Part shown: positions 38,091 to 52,349 of the stretch, one piece after another | How positions within the stretch are numbered: the stretch's first letter is position 1 | Layout of the letters: every line of letters starts with the position of its first letter | Assembly: GCF_018977255.1 (NCBI RefSeq) | Contig: NW_024704742.1 | Span: 26,040,001 to 26,104,000 of the forward strand | Direction: 5' to 3' | DNA length: 64,000 nt | DNA from: Callorhinchus milii | Lineage: Eukaryota | Translations under genes and position numbers: made by a program | The notes under the pieces: generated by a model | What the model was told of the DNA's origin: nothing | Seen by the model: the letters and a program-made list of their open reading frames with translations, nothing else | The model's database searches: none

Positions 38091-39154
38091 GCTACTGTTT
38101 ACAGCCTACAGGAAGGCTGGTTGAGACCAGGACGCTGTAATTGGGAGACGGTGGGATGGGCATTAGGAAAGATGCGATCAAATGGCTCAAAGGGTATTCT
38201 TTATCCAAACTGATCTTGTGATGCTTCCATTTGGTCCCAAGATCTCAGGCGATACATGGCACTGGGCAAGGTTTTAAGAAAAAGGTCATTCCAAAATATA
38301 TAGTTTTCAACCGATGAGATAAAATCGTGATCTATCTTCAGATCATTATGGGACATAGCCATTCTGGATCATGGAAATGTAGAATCAGGGTACGTTTCAA
38401 TCAGGCTACGTTATTAATCCATGTTAAAAATCATCATTCATGCTAATTCTACCTACCAGGATTGATACAACCAGAAAATAAAAAAATTCCTTAATGGTAA
38501 ATATTTACTCACACTATCTTTTTTACATTTTGTGTAATGGTTTAATCCTCTTGGTTTAATTTTGATCCCTTCCCATTGCAAAAATACAGCAAAAGTTAAA
38601 CCGAGGGGAAAGACGGAATAAAATGTTACCGCCTGCATTTTGCAGAGTGACACTGATTTTGATGGGGCAGATTTCAAATAGTACTGGAACCAAACTCATA
38701 CTAAAACATGCTGCAATACTGCCATCAACTGTTTATCCTGTGGTTTGATTTGTTCAAAAGCAAAAAGCAATTTCCCTTTTCATTATTCCAATGATCCTTT
38801 GGAGAGCAGCTTTAAATGCTTCTATATTTGGAAGATTTCTTACCAAAATGTTGACATTCCAAAACTGAGGCATTTTATTCTGCATAGTTATTAAGGTATG
38901 ATATGAATAGCACTTTTATCAGCCAAGTATTAATGTAATACATTAGACTAAATGTATGCATAGTGCTGAACCATGGAGAGCTGCTCACACACTTGACGCT
39001 ACCTTTGTTTGGAACAAATCTGAAACATATAAAGAGAATACTAATATCTGTCCATATTAGACATATGAATAATATAGTTTTCTTACATGGCACAATTGAA
39101 ATACTGCCAGGTTAAAAATCAATACCAGTTTCAAGATAAAATATGTTTGTTACT

Positions 39155-40430
39155 TCGCGCACAGCTCTCCCCCCACTCTACTCGAACCTTTCCAGTCCGG
39201 TTTCCGCCCTGCCCAGAGTACAGAGGAAGCACTCGTGAAGGTCACAAACGATATCCTCTCTATCTGTGACCAGGGCTCCCTCTGCCTCCTTGTCCTCCTG
39301 GACCTCTCCGCCGCGTTCGACAGTCGATTACTCCCTCCTCCTCCATCCCCTCTTCTCCATCATCCACCTCCGTGGGACACCACTAGCTTGGTTCAAGTCC
39401 TACCTTATAAACAGCCAGCACTACATTTCTGCAAATGGCTTTTCTTTGCATTTCCACCCAGTCATCTGCGGGGTACCCCAGGGATCCATCCCTCTCGGTG
39501 ATGTCACCGCAAACATGGGGTTAACTTTCACATGTATCGGATGACACTCAACTCTACTTTTTCAACTTCAGCTGCGACCCCCAGTCCCCTGATGTTCTGT
39601 CAGCTTGTCTGTCGGACATCAGGAGCTGAATGAGTGCAAATTTCCTGCAGTTAAACGTCAACAAGACGGAAGCCAAACTCTTTGGCTCTCGATGACGTCT
39701 TCTGTCCCACGTTCTGACCTCCTCAATCTGTCCTTAAAACTCTCCAAACCTGTGTGCAACTTAGGCATCAGGTTCGATCCCCAGTTATTCTTCCTCCCCC
39801 ACGTCTGACCCTGACCAGCACCGCTTTCTTCCACGTCTGTTACATTGCCCGTCTCCGACAATACCTCACCCCAAAACCTGCCCAAACCCTTGTCCATGCC
39901 TTTGTCACCTCTCGGCTGGACTACTCTAACACTCTCCTCGCCGGTCTCCCCTCCTCCACTATTCACAAAATTCAGCTCATTCAAAACTCCATCGCCCACA
40001 CCAAACATCGTCCCCGATTACTCCAGTCCTTGCCAACCGCACTGACTCCCTGTCACAGAGCGGATCGACCAAGATCCTCACTCTTGTGTTTAAATCCTTC
40101 CATTCCCTGGCACCCCCCTATCTCTCTAACCTCCTCTCTCCCCACACCAGTACCTGCTGCCTCCGCTCTACTGGGTCCTCCTCCGTGTCCCCCGAATCCT
40201 CCGCTCCACCATTGGCGGCCGTGTCTTCAGCCACTACGCCCTGAAACTTTGGAACTACCTCCATTCGCCTCACCCCCTTCTTCCCCATATTCAGGTTGCG
40301 CCTGAAGACCTTCCTTTTCGACCACGCCTACGGTCACCTTCCCCTTCCCCTTGACTCAGCCTTGGGCTCCACCATTGTCAAGCACTCACAGAGAGCGTTA
40401 CATAAGTGCACGTTGTTGTTGTTGCTGTTT
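39155..40430 (+). mobile_element. L2 LINE ORF2 3' portion, degenerate
   Basis: LLVLLDLSAAFD, CGVPQGSI, TLVHAFVTSRLDYSNTLLAGLP; GTT tail. Confidence 0.9.
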
Positions 40431-42683
40431 CTAACTTTTCTAGAATTATTAAAGCTTTCAAGTTGATCCCAGAAGTTAGTATCTGCAGGTTCAAAACTGT
40501 CAACCTGTTAGAATTTGTGCAAAATGAGCCCAACATGCAGTCAGTACTGCTGGAAGTGATGGAACACCTCATTCAGCAATGCAGTGATAAGGTGCAAGAT
40601 ATTTCCTGCTCTCAAACTCTTTTGCCTGGGGTTGAGGAGAGCTCCACTAAATGAGCACAGAACCATCTCTTTACAAACATTAACAATGGTCCATTGGACT
40701 TCCCAAAAGGAACCGCTTTGAGGACCTTGAATCAATCCCACCACAGCATTTAAACACGCCAAGATGCTATCCCGTGTGTAGGGTACTACATAAATGCAAT
40801 TTGTTATTGACATCCTGTTGGAACCACCTGCTCCAAGTGTTCTCAGCAGACAGGTTCCAGCACAAATTGCTTCATGATCATGTGTATCCCTCCTGATTTA
40901 TATAGGGTTTTAATATGGTAATCCAACCCAATTCTGAGGCAACCTCGCATTGATGTATCACATGCTTTCTTGAAGTTTAGGGCTTTACCATAAAAAGCTC
41001 TGATGTATGCTTCAATTTCTTCTCTCACTGGAAAACAGCACACAGTGAAAAAAAATGGTGATGTGCCACCTGGCAAAGCTAGGTCTCAATTGGAAATAAC
41101 ATTGACCATGTAGTAGGAAACACCAAAAATATTCTTGCGGCCAAGGAATATTTATGAAGCAAATAGACAAAGATAAAGATATAGGAATTAAGAGAACTAT
41201 GAGGAAAGAGCATGGGAATGGGATTATGCACATAGCTCTATTGTGGAGCTGGAAAGGAAAAGGCATGATAGGCTGAATGCCTTCCTTGTGTGCTATAATG
41301 TTTCTTTCTTAATGCGTTTCCTAAGATTGGTTCAGATGAAGACATATTTTCAGCCCAATCCTTCCAGAATACCCAACTTGTTTCAATCCTGTAATTACTC
41401 ACTGAGTAAAGAAAAACTTCCTGGCGTCTGTCCAGACAGACACAAGGCGCAGACGGCAAAGATGACCAAAAGCAGTGAAAGAAGTCAGGTGGGCTTTGAA
41501 ATGCCAAAGACAATATAGCCCATCGATGAGAGTCAGTAACATGATTATCACCAGAAGATAAAAAATCAGTAGATTAGAAAACGTATTACCACAGAGGATT
41601 GTTAGAACATCAAATGTGTCCCTAGAAATAGCTGTTGAGACCAGGATACTGTGATTAGGAGACGTTGGGATGGGCATTAGGAAAGATGTGATCAAATGGC
41701 TCAAAAGAGTATTCTTCATCCAAACATACTGAGCCCATAACATAATTTATTAATTTTTCCATTCCCTTTTCTAAAAATGTTTTGGGTATACAATTATTTT
41801 TCCAATTTACTTCCTACCGGCATATGCTTCTCTGCTCCTGGTCTGGCTTCCTCTTGCTAGGATGTAAAATTGGTCACTCACTCCATGGCTGTTTGTAGCA
41901 CATTACTGTGCACAAATGGCTGTCACATTTTGCTCACAAAATACACAGTTAATCCACTTTACAGTACATCCTGTGAAATGCTTTGAGATGTGTCAATGAC
42001 ATGATAAACACCATATCAAATGCAAAAATTAATATTATTATTTTGTGGTTCCTCTGGGGCTGGTTGCCCTCCAGCATCCCATCCAATTGAGCATTGTTCA
42101 TGCGAGAGCCTTGGCAATGAGTTTTGGCAGGCTACTCACTCGACTGTAGAGGATGTCACAGTCGAGCCTGGCCTTTCCCCACCCGGCTGTCACAAACATT
42201 CACAACCGGTAAGGGTACTGAACAGGTATCAGGAACAGGAAGTTTGACCAGTTTGTCGCTTCCTATCCCTGGTATGGCTGGGGGGCATGGATGCAACCTG
42301 GGCTGGGACCAGCAAACTAATCACTGACCTGAGTTTGAGCCAGCAAGCTCCTGGTCCATACTATGCAGCTTTATTCACTACACCTTCAGCAATTATAACA
42401 TAATTTAAAGAGGGAGGACATATTTGAGGACACACAATATTAAAGGATGCAGGGGAATGGGATTACAACAGATAGTTTCACTGGGGATGCTAGTAGCAGC
42501 ACAGACACAACAGGTTGAATGGCAATCTTCTGTGCTGTAAACTTTCTATAATTCTATAACCATAACTGTTTCTTCACTAAGAATTACTGTGAGGCAGATT
42601 CTCTGACTTGCAGAAGCTGACACACTTCCTGCTTCACTGGATATACTTACAAACTAGAACAGATGGAAATTCAGTTCACTTAC

Positions 42684-42843
42684 TTTTTCTGAAATCAGTT
42701 TTCTTCTCTCACTAATGAGATTGCGATGCAGTAGTTTCTTCTCTTTATTCTCAACCTCGTCTAACCTCCGCTTCACAACAAGCATCTCCTGCTGCATCAT
42801 CTCCAGCAGAGACGCCACTTGAGCTTCTGACACACAATCAATG
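42684..42843 (-). CDS. EVC2: EVC2 exon (human exon 13 equivalent, 160 nt)
   Basis: ttttctttag|C...AAA|gtaagt. VSEAQVASLLEMMQQEMLVVKRRLDEVENKEKKLLHRNLISERRKLISEK versus human LDEDQMEMLLERAQTEVFSIKQKLDNDLKQEKKKLHQKLITKRRRELLQK. Confidence 0.94.
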
Positions 42844-45734
42844 CTAAAGAAAATCATATAAAGTACACTTCAGATTACAATAACTCATATAGCTGGTAAC
42901 CGGTAATCAAGTCTTAAAGCGTTATGGATTTAAAGCAGGGCAGTGGGATTGAATGAACATCTTTCTCTGAGAGCTGGTGCAGACGCGATGGACTAAATGG
43001 TCTCATTTTGCCTTGTAAATTTCTATGCTAGGAGTTTATAGTTTAAGCCACATATAAAGTTAACATATAAAGCCACAATCCAAATGTTAGCAGGTTATTC
43101 AGAAGGTTTGGGGATTGATGTGGCAAACAGCACTAACGTGATCAAAATTCTAATTTGGTCAGTTTCTGCAGACTTTTTCATTTCAACAAGGCACTGCCCC
43201 GCGTGAAGGAGGCTATGTTGTTTATATAAATATATATATATAAATAAATCACTTATTTTTCTCAAATCCTGCCATTATTGAATATAAATTGCACCTACAA
43301 AATTGTGATTGCGTTTTAATGCTGCTTCATTCAGCTGTTAATGTAGTTGCCCCCAAGTCTTAAGTTTGCCTTCAGTACATCCATTAGTATTTAATCTACC
43401 TTATAGGTGGAATGATTGGAATTCTGTTTAGTTTGGATACTCTTATGCATGTGATGGCTGACCCCCCCACAAAACCTTGTCAGTTACTGACTACTGAAAA
43501 TCCCAGGATTCAAACTGGGATATTGTAGATTACAGCTGGCAACCTGTGTTGCTAATTTAAGGTGCGATAAATGCTAGTTCAAAATGTTTTCCAATACCCA
43601 ACCAGTAACTTGTTTTTATCATTTATTTGTTGCTCACGTTACAGCCCTAAAATTAGCATGATAAGCAGTGTATCCACCAAGAATTCCAGAGCCTTCAGTC
43701 AAATTGGTCCTCAACTTTTGGCTTCACAATTGTCAGTTCCACAAAATACCTCCCACTAGCGCTTCACTAGTATATTCAATTATTATTTTATGAGTTATTC
43801 ACTGTTTTCTTGTAGTTATGGGTTAGTTTTCACTGTACTGGAACTGCACATTCATTCATGCTTGGAAATTGCACAGTGACCACACTTCAGGATGTAGGAA
43901 CAGCCACATACTTGTAAAAAACACAAAATATATTCATTTCCTCCAACGATTGTAGTACTAGGTTGTGCGGTCAAATCCTTGTTATGCTGAGTAAGATGGT
44001 GAGGATCAATAGCTACCTTCACTGCAATTGGCTTAGAGGCAAAAATCAGCCAGGGTACCATTACTGCCCATGACCTAAAGGCGCCTTTAAGGAGGTGTCC
44101 ATCTGGTGCGGACACGACTGAGCAAGGATAACAAATTGCATTTATATAGCGCCTTTCACGTCGGGATGGTGTTCCAAGGCGCTTCTACTTTATGTTATTT
44201 TTAAAAAGTCTAATAACTGTTATGTTGCACATTTTGATTTCCATGCCTATTGATCTTCCCTTCATTCTCTGCAGATGAAAGTCTAGTAATAGTCGATATG
44301 TACAATGGACAGTGTATAGACTCAATGAGTAACCATACATGCTCTGTGCTTTTGGCTTGCACTTCACAATTAATTCCCTAGTTTTGCTGAATTCCACATC
44401 TTTGGCTCAGTCTCTCCTGTGTCTGCCTGAATGATATACATGCTAGTTAATGGGTACCGTGTTTATGGAGGCATAAACAGGATAACTGTTCAAGCATAAA
44501 ATTATTTGCCACATAACTTAAAAGAGAAAGAAATGATGGCTCCTGGTACACTCAAAACCTTGGAGGTTTTACGCAAAGCAAGATTTATCTCAGCAAAGCT
44601 GTTCCAGCTGAGTCGATTAGCTTCTTCAAAGTGGAATTGAATAACTGCAGTGTCTGGTTGTGAACAGAAGTATGTTACAGGAATGGGAATACACTCAAGT
44701 AAACTCATGCCTTGATGAATCATTGGAGTGTTTGAATGTGGATCCATGCCAACGATTCATGCAGCATGTTTGGAGCTTCAACACTGCACACTATTGACAC
44801 AACTAGAAATTCAACCTTTTTCAGTTCATTGCCTTCATACCTTGTAGGGTGCATCTGGGTTTTTCAGGTAAATCTTGTGATGAAGTGATGTGTCATAATT
44901 AACACCGCTAATCAATTTGGCAACTTTACGATACAGCAATAGTAGTACACAAGCGCCTTTCACTTTGGGAGGGCGTCTCAAAGTGCATCATAGCATTACT
45001 GTAAAACCAACAGTAAAATCTTGTAAAGCATTGTAAGGCATCTTGACAACTCAATAAGGCCCTATATTAAATACAAGAATGATAAGTCGCTAAATTGCAC
45101 AAAGGAGTTAATTAGGATATCACCAGATCAAAAAATCAGCCTCTTTCCCTCAAACATATATGGAACAGTTACTTTCCTTCTGTGCCAATATTTCTCTTCA
45201 CCTCAACAATAGCAATTTGTGCCAATCTAAGGGTGTGTTGTTAGGAATGACTGCCTGATATCTCACCGAGGTGCCTGTTGTTTATTTGTGAGTCTGGAAT
45301 AGGAGTGTCCTTGGGATATTTGAAAGTGGAGATTCCAAGTATAGGAGGAACCTGCATTCGCCTGGTGTCAGCACATATAAACACCAGGGACAATGCATAG
45401 TTGTTATGAGTGTGAACCCCGTCTCATTTTTAATGCGACCATCCCCTCCCCCCTCTCCTCCACCACCCCAGAGATCATGATCAACTTTTGAGCATCCAAT
45501 GCTCCCTTGTCCGCAGTTAAGATAAGACGAATAAGCACGAACCAGGGATGAAACATGGGAACTCCTGGCCTGTTGGCGCAATGCCAGTCATTGTGTATAT
45601 TTATCCACGGAAGCATTTAAGAAATCAATATACCCTTTTCGAGGTTGAAAATTTAAATGTGTATTACCTCGCACTAAAAAACGGAATACTCCCAAAATAG
45701 CTCTGTTAAAGAAAAATTAACACAATTTAAATTC

Positions 45735-46050
45735 CTTTTTTGGGTCAGCTTGGTATATGACATGGAAGCCCATCATTGTGCTTAAGAGTATTCCAAACCA
45801 AACAGAGTTCTATGCATCTCACCTATTCCCATCTATTGGAATGGAATGCGCACTCTCTCCCTGGACGTACACATGCTGCTTACTGAATTCCGGAAAGTAT
45901 TAGGTGCATGTTGGCAAGAGCCAAGACTTGGGGAAGCCGAGAGTGTGTGTTGGGGTGCTGCTGGAGTCTAATGAGCTAAACCCACATTGACACATTGTCT
46001 GGCAAGCATCCTGCTGCTTATCCAGCTAGGACACCATTCCCACTACAGTT
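45735..46050 (-). repeat. Unclassified repeat family X
   Basis: TTTTTTGGGTCAGC...TGCTTAAGAGTATTCCAAACC...CACTCTCTCCCTGGA. Confidence 0.65.
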
Positions 46051-46800
46051 GCAGGTACATTTTGACAATCAAATTTAGGTAATAAACAAAAAAATATTGT
46101 TACAGTGAGAACTGCCAATTATGAGAGCATGGTTTGGACATACATTATGCGATGGTACACGTGTCACTGATGCTAATAGCGCATCAACACTGTTCAGGCC
46201 AACAGTAAATTCACTTCTCCAAGACCTTCCTGACTGCTGTTCACCTAGAAGGTTTTCACTTTAACTTTACTTCGCTTATTAAAATTAACTAAGGTACAAA
46301 TAAATATGTATGTGTTCATACATATGTATAAATGATATACAAGGCGATAAAAAGCCTGAGCCTAATGTATTGATGAACTAGGTAACTTTTTATTAAGCAT
46401 TCAACTGCCTAGGCAACAAGGCTCTAAAATTATCACGATAAAAATAGAGGTAAATTATTTACCTCTACCCCAATTGATCAGCAAAATATGCTGGTCTGTA
46501 GAATTTGGTGTATAAACCTACCTACTTAATAATGAGACTAAGAAGACTTAAAGGTACAATACAGAAATTCTACTAAAGGAGTCATATATGTGTGTGTACA
46601 TAATACATACATATAGGAACATAGGAAGATGACTAGGCAGTGAACCTTGAAGATTGGTTGATGTGAACATCTAGAAGTATTGATCTCTGGGGCTATTGAT
46701 TCTCCTTTCATGCTCTGATGAATTAAAGGAAATAGCTGATGTGCACATATCACACATACTGTACAAGACACTACACTCCTATTGCAGATCAAAATGATTG

Positions 46801-46919
46801 ATTTACTTTTGCTTGGATCCAAAACTTTCATCCAAGTTACTCTGTGTATTGGGAAAGAGCACATTGTGATATGCACAGAGTAACTTGGATGAAAGCTTTG
46901 GATCCGAGTAAAAGGAAAT
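46801..46919. repeat. 49-bp inverted repeat (hairpin) with 21-nt loop
   Basis: 46801-46849 pairs with 46871-46919 with 2 mismatches and 3 G-U pairs on the + strand (checked base by base). Confidence 0.9.
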
Positions 46920-47179
46920 GTGAAAGTGCTCTTTCGCAATGTCTCTATAGAGACAGAGCAGTTTCCTTTGTCAGTCATTGTTTCCGTTGTGTCTTGGTGT
47001 AGATACCATTATATCCACCACCATCAGAAAAAGAAAGACTTGCAGAGGACAAAGTAATTGGAATTAGTAGCCAATCAAGCTGTAAAAGCTCTCTGGGACC
47101 TAACCTGAGTGCAAAGGCACTATATATATGCAAGTTGTTGTTGTAAAATTAAACTAAAACTTTAATTAAACATGTATAA

Positions 47180-47640
47180 AATTGGGAATATTGTGGCCAG
47201 TTTTGGGGCACCCCACTACAGGAAGGATGTCAGGATCACAGATTGGGTATAGAAGAGAATCACTATCATACCACGGATGAGAAGTTTTACTTCTGAGGAG
47301 AGACTGAAGGAACTGAGAATGGAGAAGGTTGAGAAGAGGCCTGATAAAAGATTTTTAAAGTTATGAGGGATTTTGATAAAGTAAACAGAAAAAAAAAGTC
47401 CACTAGTCAGTGAGTCAATAACCAGAATGCATACGTTTAAACTAATTATCAAAGAGCAAAAGGAGAGATTCTTTATCTTGCCAAGATGATTGTTAAAATG
47501 TGGATTGCCTTTCCTAATGCGATAGTTGACAGAATCGATATTAGCTTTGAAGAGACTAAATAAATAACTAACAAGAATAAATTTAAAAAAGGCATGGGTT
47601 AGGGTAAGAGAATGGGACTGAATGGATAGTAATTTCTCAG
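47180..47640 (+). mobile_element. Decayed CR1 3' fragment
   Basis: GAATATTGTGGCCAGTTTTGGGGCACCCCACTACAGGAAGGATGT (EYC.QFW.PHYRKD). Confidence 0.65.
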
Positions 47641-48096
47641 AAATCCATTTTATGATGCACCATATAACCTTCTTTGGGTTTAAACCTCTATGGTTCGAAT
47701 CTTTTTAGCAAGCTTTCAATAGCCATTATAAAATTAGTCAGTACAAGCCTGCCAACTAAATGATGACATTATCAGATCATGACACATATGGCACATCACT
47801 GTGCTTACAAACTAGGCTATAAAATGGGTTGGAAGATATTCCAATAGTCTACCCACCAACTAAATTCTAGCAACATCTGATTTACAACATTGTGTTTTCT
47901 GATGATCTTTAGGCTGACTATTCGTATGGAGCTGATGATGCAAGAGGTTAACAAGACACTTAATGATAAAAGCATTTATTACTTAAAAGGTTATATTAAA
48001 TGTTCATTGCGGCTGTAAATTTCTCAAAGTAAAAGCAAAGATTTTTTAACCTTGTTGAGAACTTTTATGCTGACTGACTGGAACTCTAGATGGATC

Positions 48097-48715
48097 ACCT
48101 GCCTCCACCAATACCGCACTCCAAAAGCCACTGAAACCCTGTTCCATGCCTTTGTCACCTCTCAGCTGAACTATTCAAATGCCCTCCTCGCCGGTCTCCC
48201 CTCCACTACCATCCATAAAATCCAGGTAATACAAAACTCTGCCGCCCGCATTCTTACCCGCACCAAACTCCGCTCCCCAATTATCCCAGTCCTTGCAAGA
48301 CTGCACTGGATGCCTGTCCCAGAGAGAATCGACATCAAGATCCTCACCCTTGTCTTCAAATCTCTCCACTCCTCTGCACCCCCCTACCTCTCTGACCTCC
48401 TCCCTCCTCAAAACAGTGCCCGTTGCCTTTGTTCCACTGGGTCTGGCCTCCTCCTTGTCCCCCTAGTCCTCCGCTCTACCAAAGGCGGCCGTGCCTTCAG
48501 CCACTACGCCCTGAGGCTCTGGAACTTCCTTCCTCACTCTCTTCGCCTCGCCCCCTCTCTTCCTATTTTCAGGTCTCGGCTGTTCAACCATGCCTTTGGT
48601 CACCTTCTTCCCCCTCCCCCTTCCCCTGGCCCGGCATCGGGACTCGTTACTGTGAAGTGCTCTGAGACGCCATTCGGCGTGGAGGGCGATATAAATCCAG
48701 TTGTTATTGTTGTTA
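48097..48715 (+). mobile_element. L2 LINE 3' fragment
   Basis: ETLFHAFVTSQLNYSNALLAGLP...QNSAARILT...LARLHWMPV; tail ending GTTGTTATTGTTGTT. Confidence 0.9.
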
Positions 48716-49130
48716 GATGATATTAGGAACATTAAGAACATAAGAATTTGCTAGGCAAAAGAAGACCAAGGTCCATCTAGTTCACTTTCTACCATCCTGA
48801 CAGTCGCTTGACATGTTGTGCCCCAAACTATATACTGTATACAGTTCACCAATTCCAGTGTATATTTAGCATGATGGTAAATCTGCTTTTCAATACATTT
48901 CTTAGTCAGGCTAATCTAATTTTACAGTGTTATTTATTGAGCTATTTCAATTACACTGACTTTCTGTCTTGCATTTCAATTATCCATGTAACTTAGCCAA
49001 GTGAATGAATATATCATTATAAAAACTCTGCCTGCAACCATAGCCTTAAGTCAAGCAGACAGTATTCAAGGCAGAATCTACAATGGATATTAACTTTATA
49101 TATTTGTTTTGAGCAACAACCATGTCTTAC

Positions 49131-49306
49131 TTTTTCATTCGATTGATGAGGACCGATATCTGACAGGCTGTTGTGTTCACAAGGTTACTTCTCTGGTTCA
49201 CACACCTCTGTATCCTGTTTGCTAGGTATTTCTTATGAGCGAGATCCTCTGCAAGTATCTGTCTCTGGAAAGACAATTGCCGATCCATCAACTCCTCCAA
49301 CTGAAA
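49131..49306 (-). CDS. EVC2: EVC2 exon (human exon 12 equivalent, 176 nt); absent from the ORF track
   Basis: cctctttacag|TTT...AA|gtaaga. FQLEELMDRQLSFQRQILAEDLAHKKYLANRIQ...NTTACQISVLINRMK versus human ENVEELMDFFQASKRYHLSKRFGHREYLVQNLQ...STAAAQLTHLIQKHE. Confidence 0.92.
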
Positions 49307-51878
49307 CTGTAAAGAGGTTAAGACTCAGAGAGACTAAATTACAAATATGTTTAATCAAAAAAAACACAGGCTTGTAAACATTTCAGACTGAATGACGCCT
49401 TTCTAGGATTCAATGAAGTCTTCTGGAATAATTTGTGACTTGTATCCAGGGTTCTGCACACAAGACAAACAATACAGCAATTCATAATCCATTCAAGGTT
49501 CCTACACGGAAGCCAATATTATAATTAGGATTTCAAAATCAATGAGCATTTTCACCTTCATGATCTTGATAAATATTTGTAATAATTCAAACAAAAACAA
49601 TTGTTGGGAAACACTTTGAACTTAATTTATTTCATACCTATTTTTGGGACATGGTTGCGCACTAAATTGGCTGCCATGTTCACCCACAAAACAACAAGAT
49701 TACATTTGTATAGCGCCTTTCAAGTCATAGGACGTTCCAAGCCGCTGAAACACACAATCACTGCACTTTGATATATCCTGAAGTGAAAGGCGCTGTACCA
49801 AATCTAACAATTAAGGATTATTATTCTATGTTTTACTCAGTAAGTATCTTGTAAACAGCAATTCTTTAAACAGAAATTGATGAGACCCAATCTCAGTGAC
49901 TCCATAAAAATTACCACATAAATGATAATGGGGACTAATGCACAGTATTTCTTAATGGATTCCTAGAATTCCGGGCACCTCAGGGGAGTTCCCAGCATTC
50001 ACCTACAAATACATAGTCACTAAGGTTTCCAGTGGATCCTGTAAAGCACTATGAGTCATTCTCGTGAAGTGGAAAGCGCTATATCAAATGTGATAATTCT
50101 TATTCTTATTATAACTCTTCCTCAAGTTGGAATAAAGTTCTCACGGATTGCCATGACATACCAATTTGCAGAATTTGGAACTTCATTAATAAATGACACA
50201 AACCAGACCCCAATAATGTAATTCCTTTCTTAGCAATCCTTAAGAGGAAAATGTTTTAGTCTGAAAGGACTTTGTTTCTGCCAATTACAGACCCAGTCTC
50301 TTTTAACAGGAAATCGAAACAAACAGCTGATCCCGTTGGACCACTTTCCCCTACCTTCTCTATTCTATTATTAGCTGCTGACTCATATCCCATTTTGATC
50401 TGGATCCACTTGACACCGATATACTTCTTATCTCTTAATACTTCATGATCCCCATCTAAACAAAGTAATATTGTTAACAATAAAAAAGCACTTTAGTCTA
50501 CAGTTTATGAAAACTGCAAAATTGAGTTTCAGTCCTTTAAGAACAAAGTAACTCAAGATAATGCTAGCACCATTTATAGGGCTCCTTTTAACATCAACAC
50601 AGCGACATTTGCAATGCTTCCCGGCCTGAGGAGCTGCATAGAAGAAAGACATTAAAACATCCTGAAGTAAATAGAATTCTGATGCTAGTGTGGTACATGA
50701 AATGAGAATCACTTTCACATCTTCGTATCTAATGAGGTGAATTGACACCAGATCTAATAGCAAGCTGTGGTCAGTGACATTTTCATGGTTTGGTATCATT
50801 GGTTTCAAAGTGAGATTTAATGGAAATGCAAAGTACTACATTGAGATGACAAATGAACTCACTGTGGGAAGCCATTGCTTCAAGTAAACCTTGAAAATGG
50901 TTCAAGAACTGGAAATGGAACTTGTTTCAGCTAATTGAAGATTGTTTTATATTTAGCTTAACCTCCAAAGTGTGAAATGCTGTACTCTGTCCAGCGCCTT
51001 GGGACGTCCTCCTGACGTGAAAGGCACTATACAAATGTAATCTTGTTGTTGATGGATTGTGGCACTCTTGCAGCTGAGCCCGAGAGGTAAGTGAATGCTT
51101 TAAAGTAGTTGTTTTTAGTTAGATTAGGTTACAGTTGGCGGAAATGAAGTAAAAGCAAAACCAGAAATACATCATAAAGGACAGAAGACAGAATGGAAGT
51201 AAAGGAGTGGGCAAATTACACTACCTAAAATGATTTACTTTCATTTCAAACAATATTGTTCTATATTGTAAACATTACAGGTAATCTGACATCGGAATGA
51301 AATGTTTATTTCAGGGTGACAGAATAACAAACAATGGGAGTCCTAACTTTCACAAGATCGGATTGGATGATGAAGACGCTTCAGCCCATCTGATCCAAAT
51401 CTTCCAGGTTAACAACAACAATGACAACAAAATTACCTTTCACGTCGGGAGGACGTCCCAAGGCACTGGAATAACAACAACAACTTGCATCTATATAGCA
51501 CCCTTCACAGTGGATAGTGTCCCAGAGAATACACATCAATACAGCATCAAGATGCTTTTTAAATGGGTCCAGTGTCCTGCCCTCAACTACCCTTCCTGGC
51601 AACCTGCTCCAGTAATTAATTACTCTCTGGGTAAAGAAAAACATCCTGGTATCTGTGCTGAAATAGCCCTGTGAAACTCTAAACCTATGTCCTCTTGTTC
51701 TACTGTCTTGATGAATCCTATAGCATTGTTCTAGGTTTAGTTTTTCAATCCCATTTAAAAATTCTCAGCCACCAACTTCAAAGTAGCTCCCCTTGTCATT
51801 TAGCCATTTAAACAAATTGTTAACTTTTCAATCAAAGTTTATAAAGACTAATACATTAGTAAAGTTATCTCTTTCTAC

Positions 51879-52118
51879 CTGAATGCACCAGTTCTGGTAC
51901 AAATGTCGACTGACTGCAGCCTTATCCAATTCTTCCTTCCTGGTGACTTCCTTCAGCTGGTCAAAGACTACGTTTTGAAGTTCGTGCCTCAGGCGCACAA
52001 CTAGTTCCCTCTGGACCCTTGCAGAGGCTTCCTCATGATTCACCAACAGCAAACGATGTAGTTGTTTCTGCTCAAATTTGTGCAGTTTGTCTAGATCCTT
52101 CCTGCACTGTAAGGCAAC
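51879..52118 (-). CDS. EVC2: EVC2 exon (human exon 11 equivalent, 240 nt)
   Basis: gtttccattcag|GTT...CAG|gtagaa. VALQCRKDLDKLHKFEQKQLHRLLLVNHEEASARVQRELVVRLRHELQNVVFDQLK versus human SAVECSNLLRTLHGLEQEHLRKSLALQQEEDFAKAHRQLAVFQRNELHSIFFTQIK. Confidence 0.94.
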
Positions 52119-52349
52119 CTGAATGGAAACCAAAATTCAACATTTAGTAATAATGCAGCCCCTCTTCAATGTTTCTCCTACTTCCTCAACACATTATAAA
52201 CTTTGTTCCTGCAATTGAAATACTTCATAGTAGTGCAAACCCTCTTCAATGTTACTGCTACTGCTACCTCAATTATCCTGTAAACCAGGATAAGATGGTC
52301 CTAGCTGTACAGGCAGAAGGGAGTTTGTTTAATGTTTGCAAATGCAACA

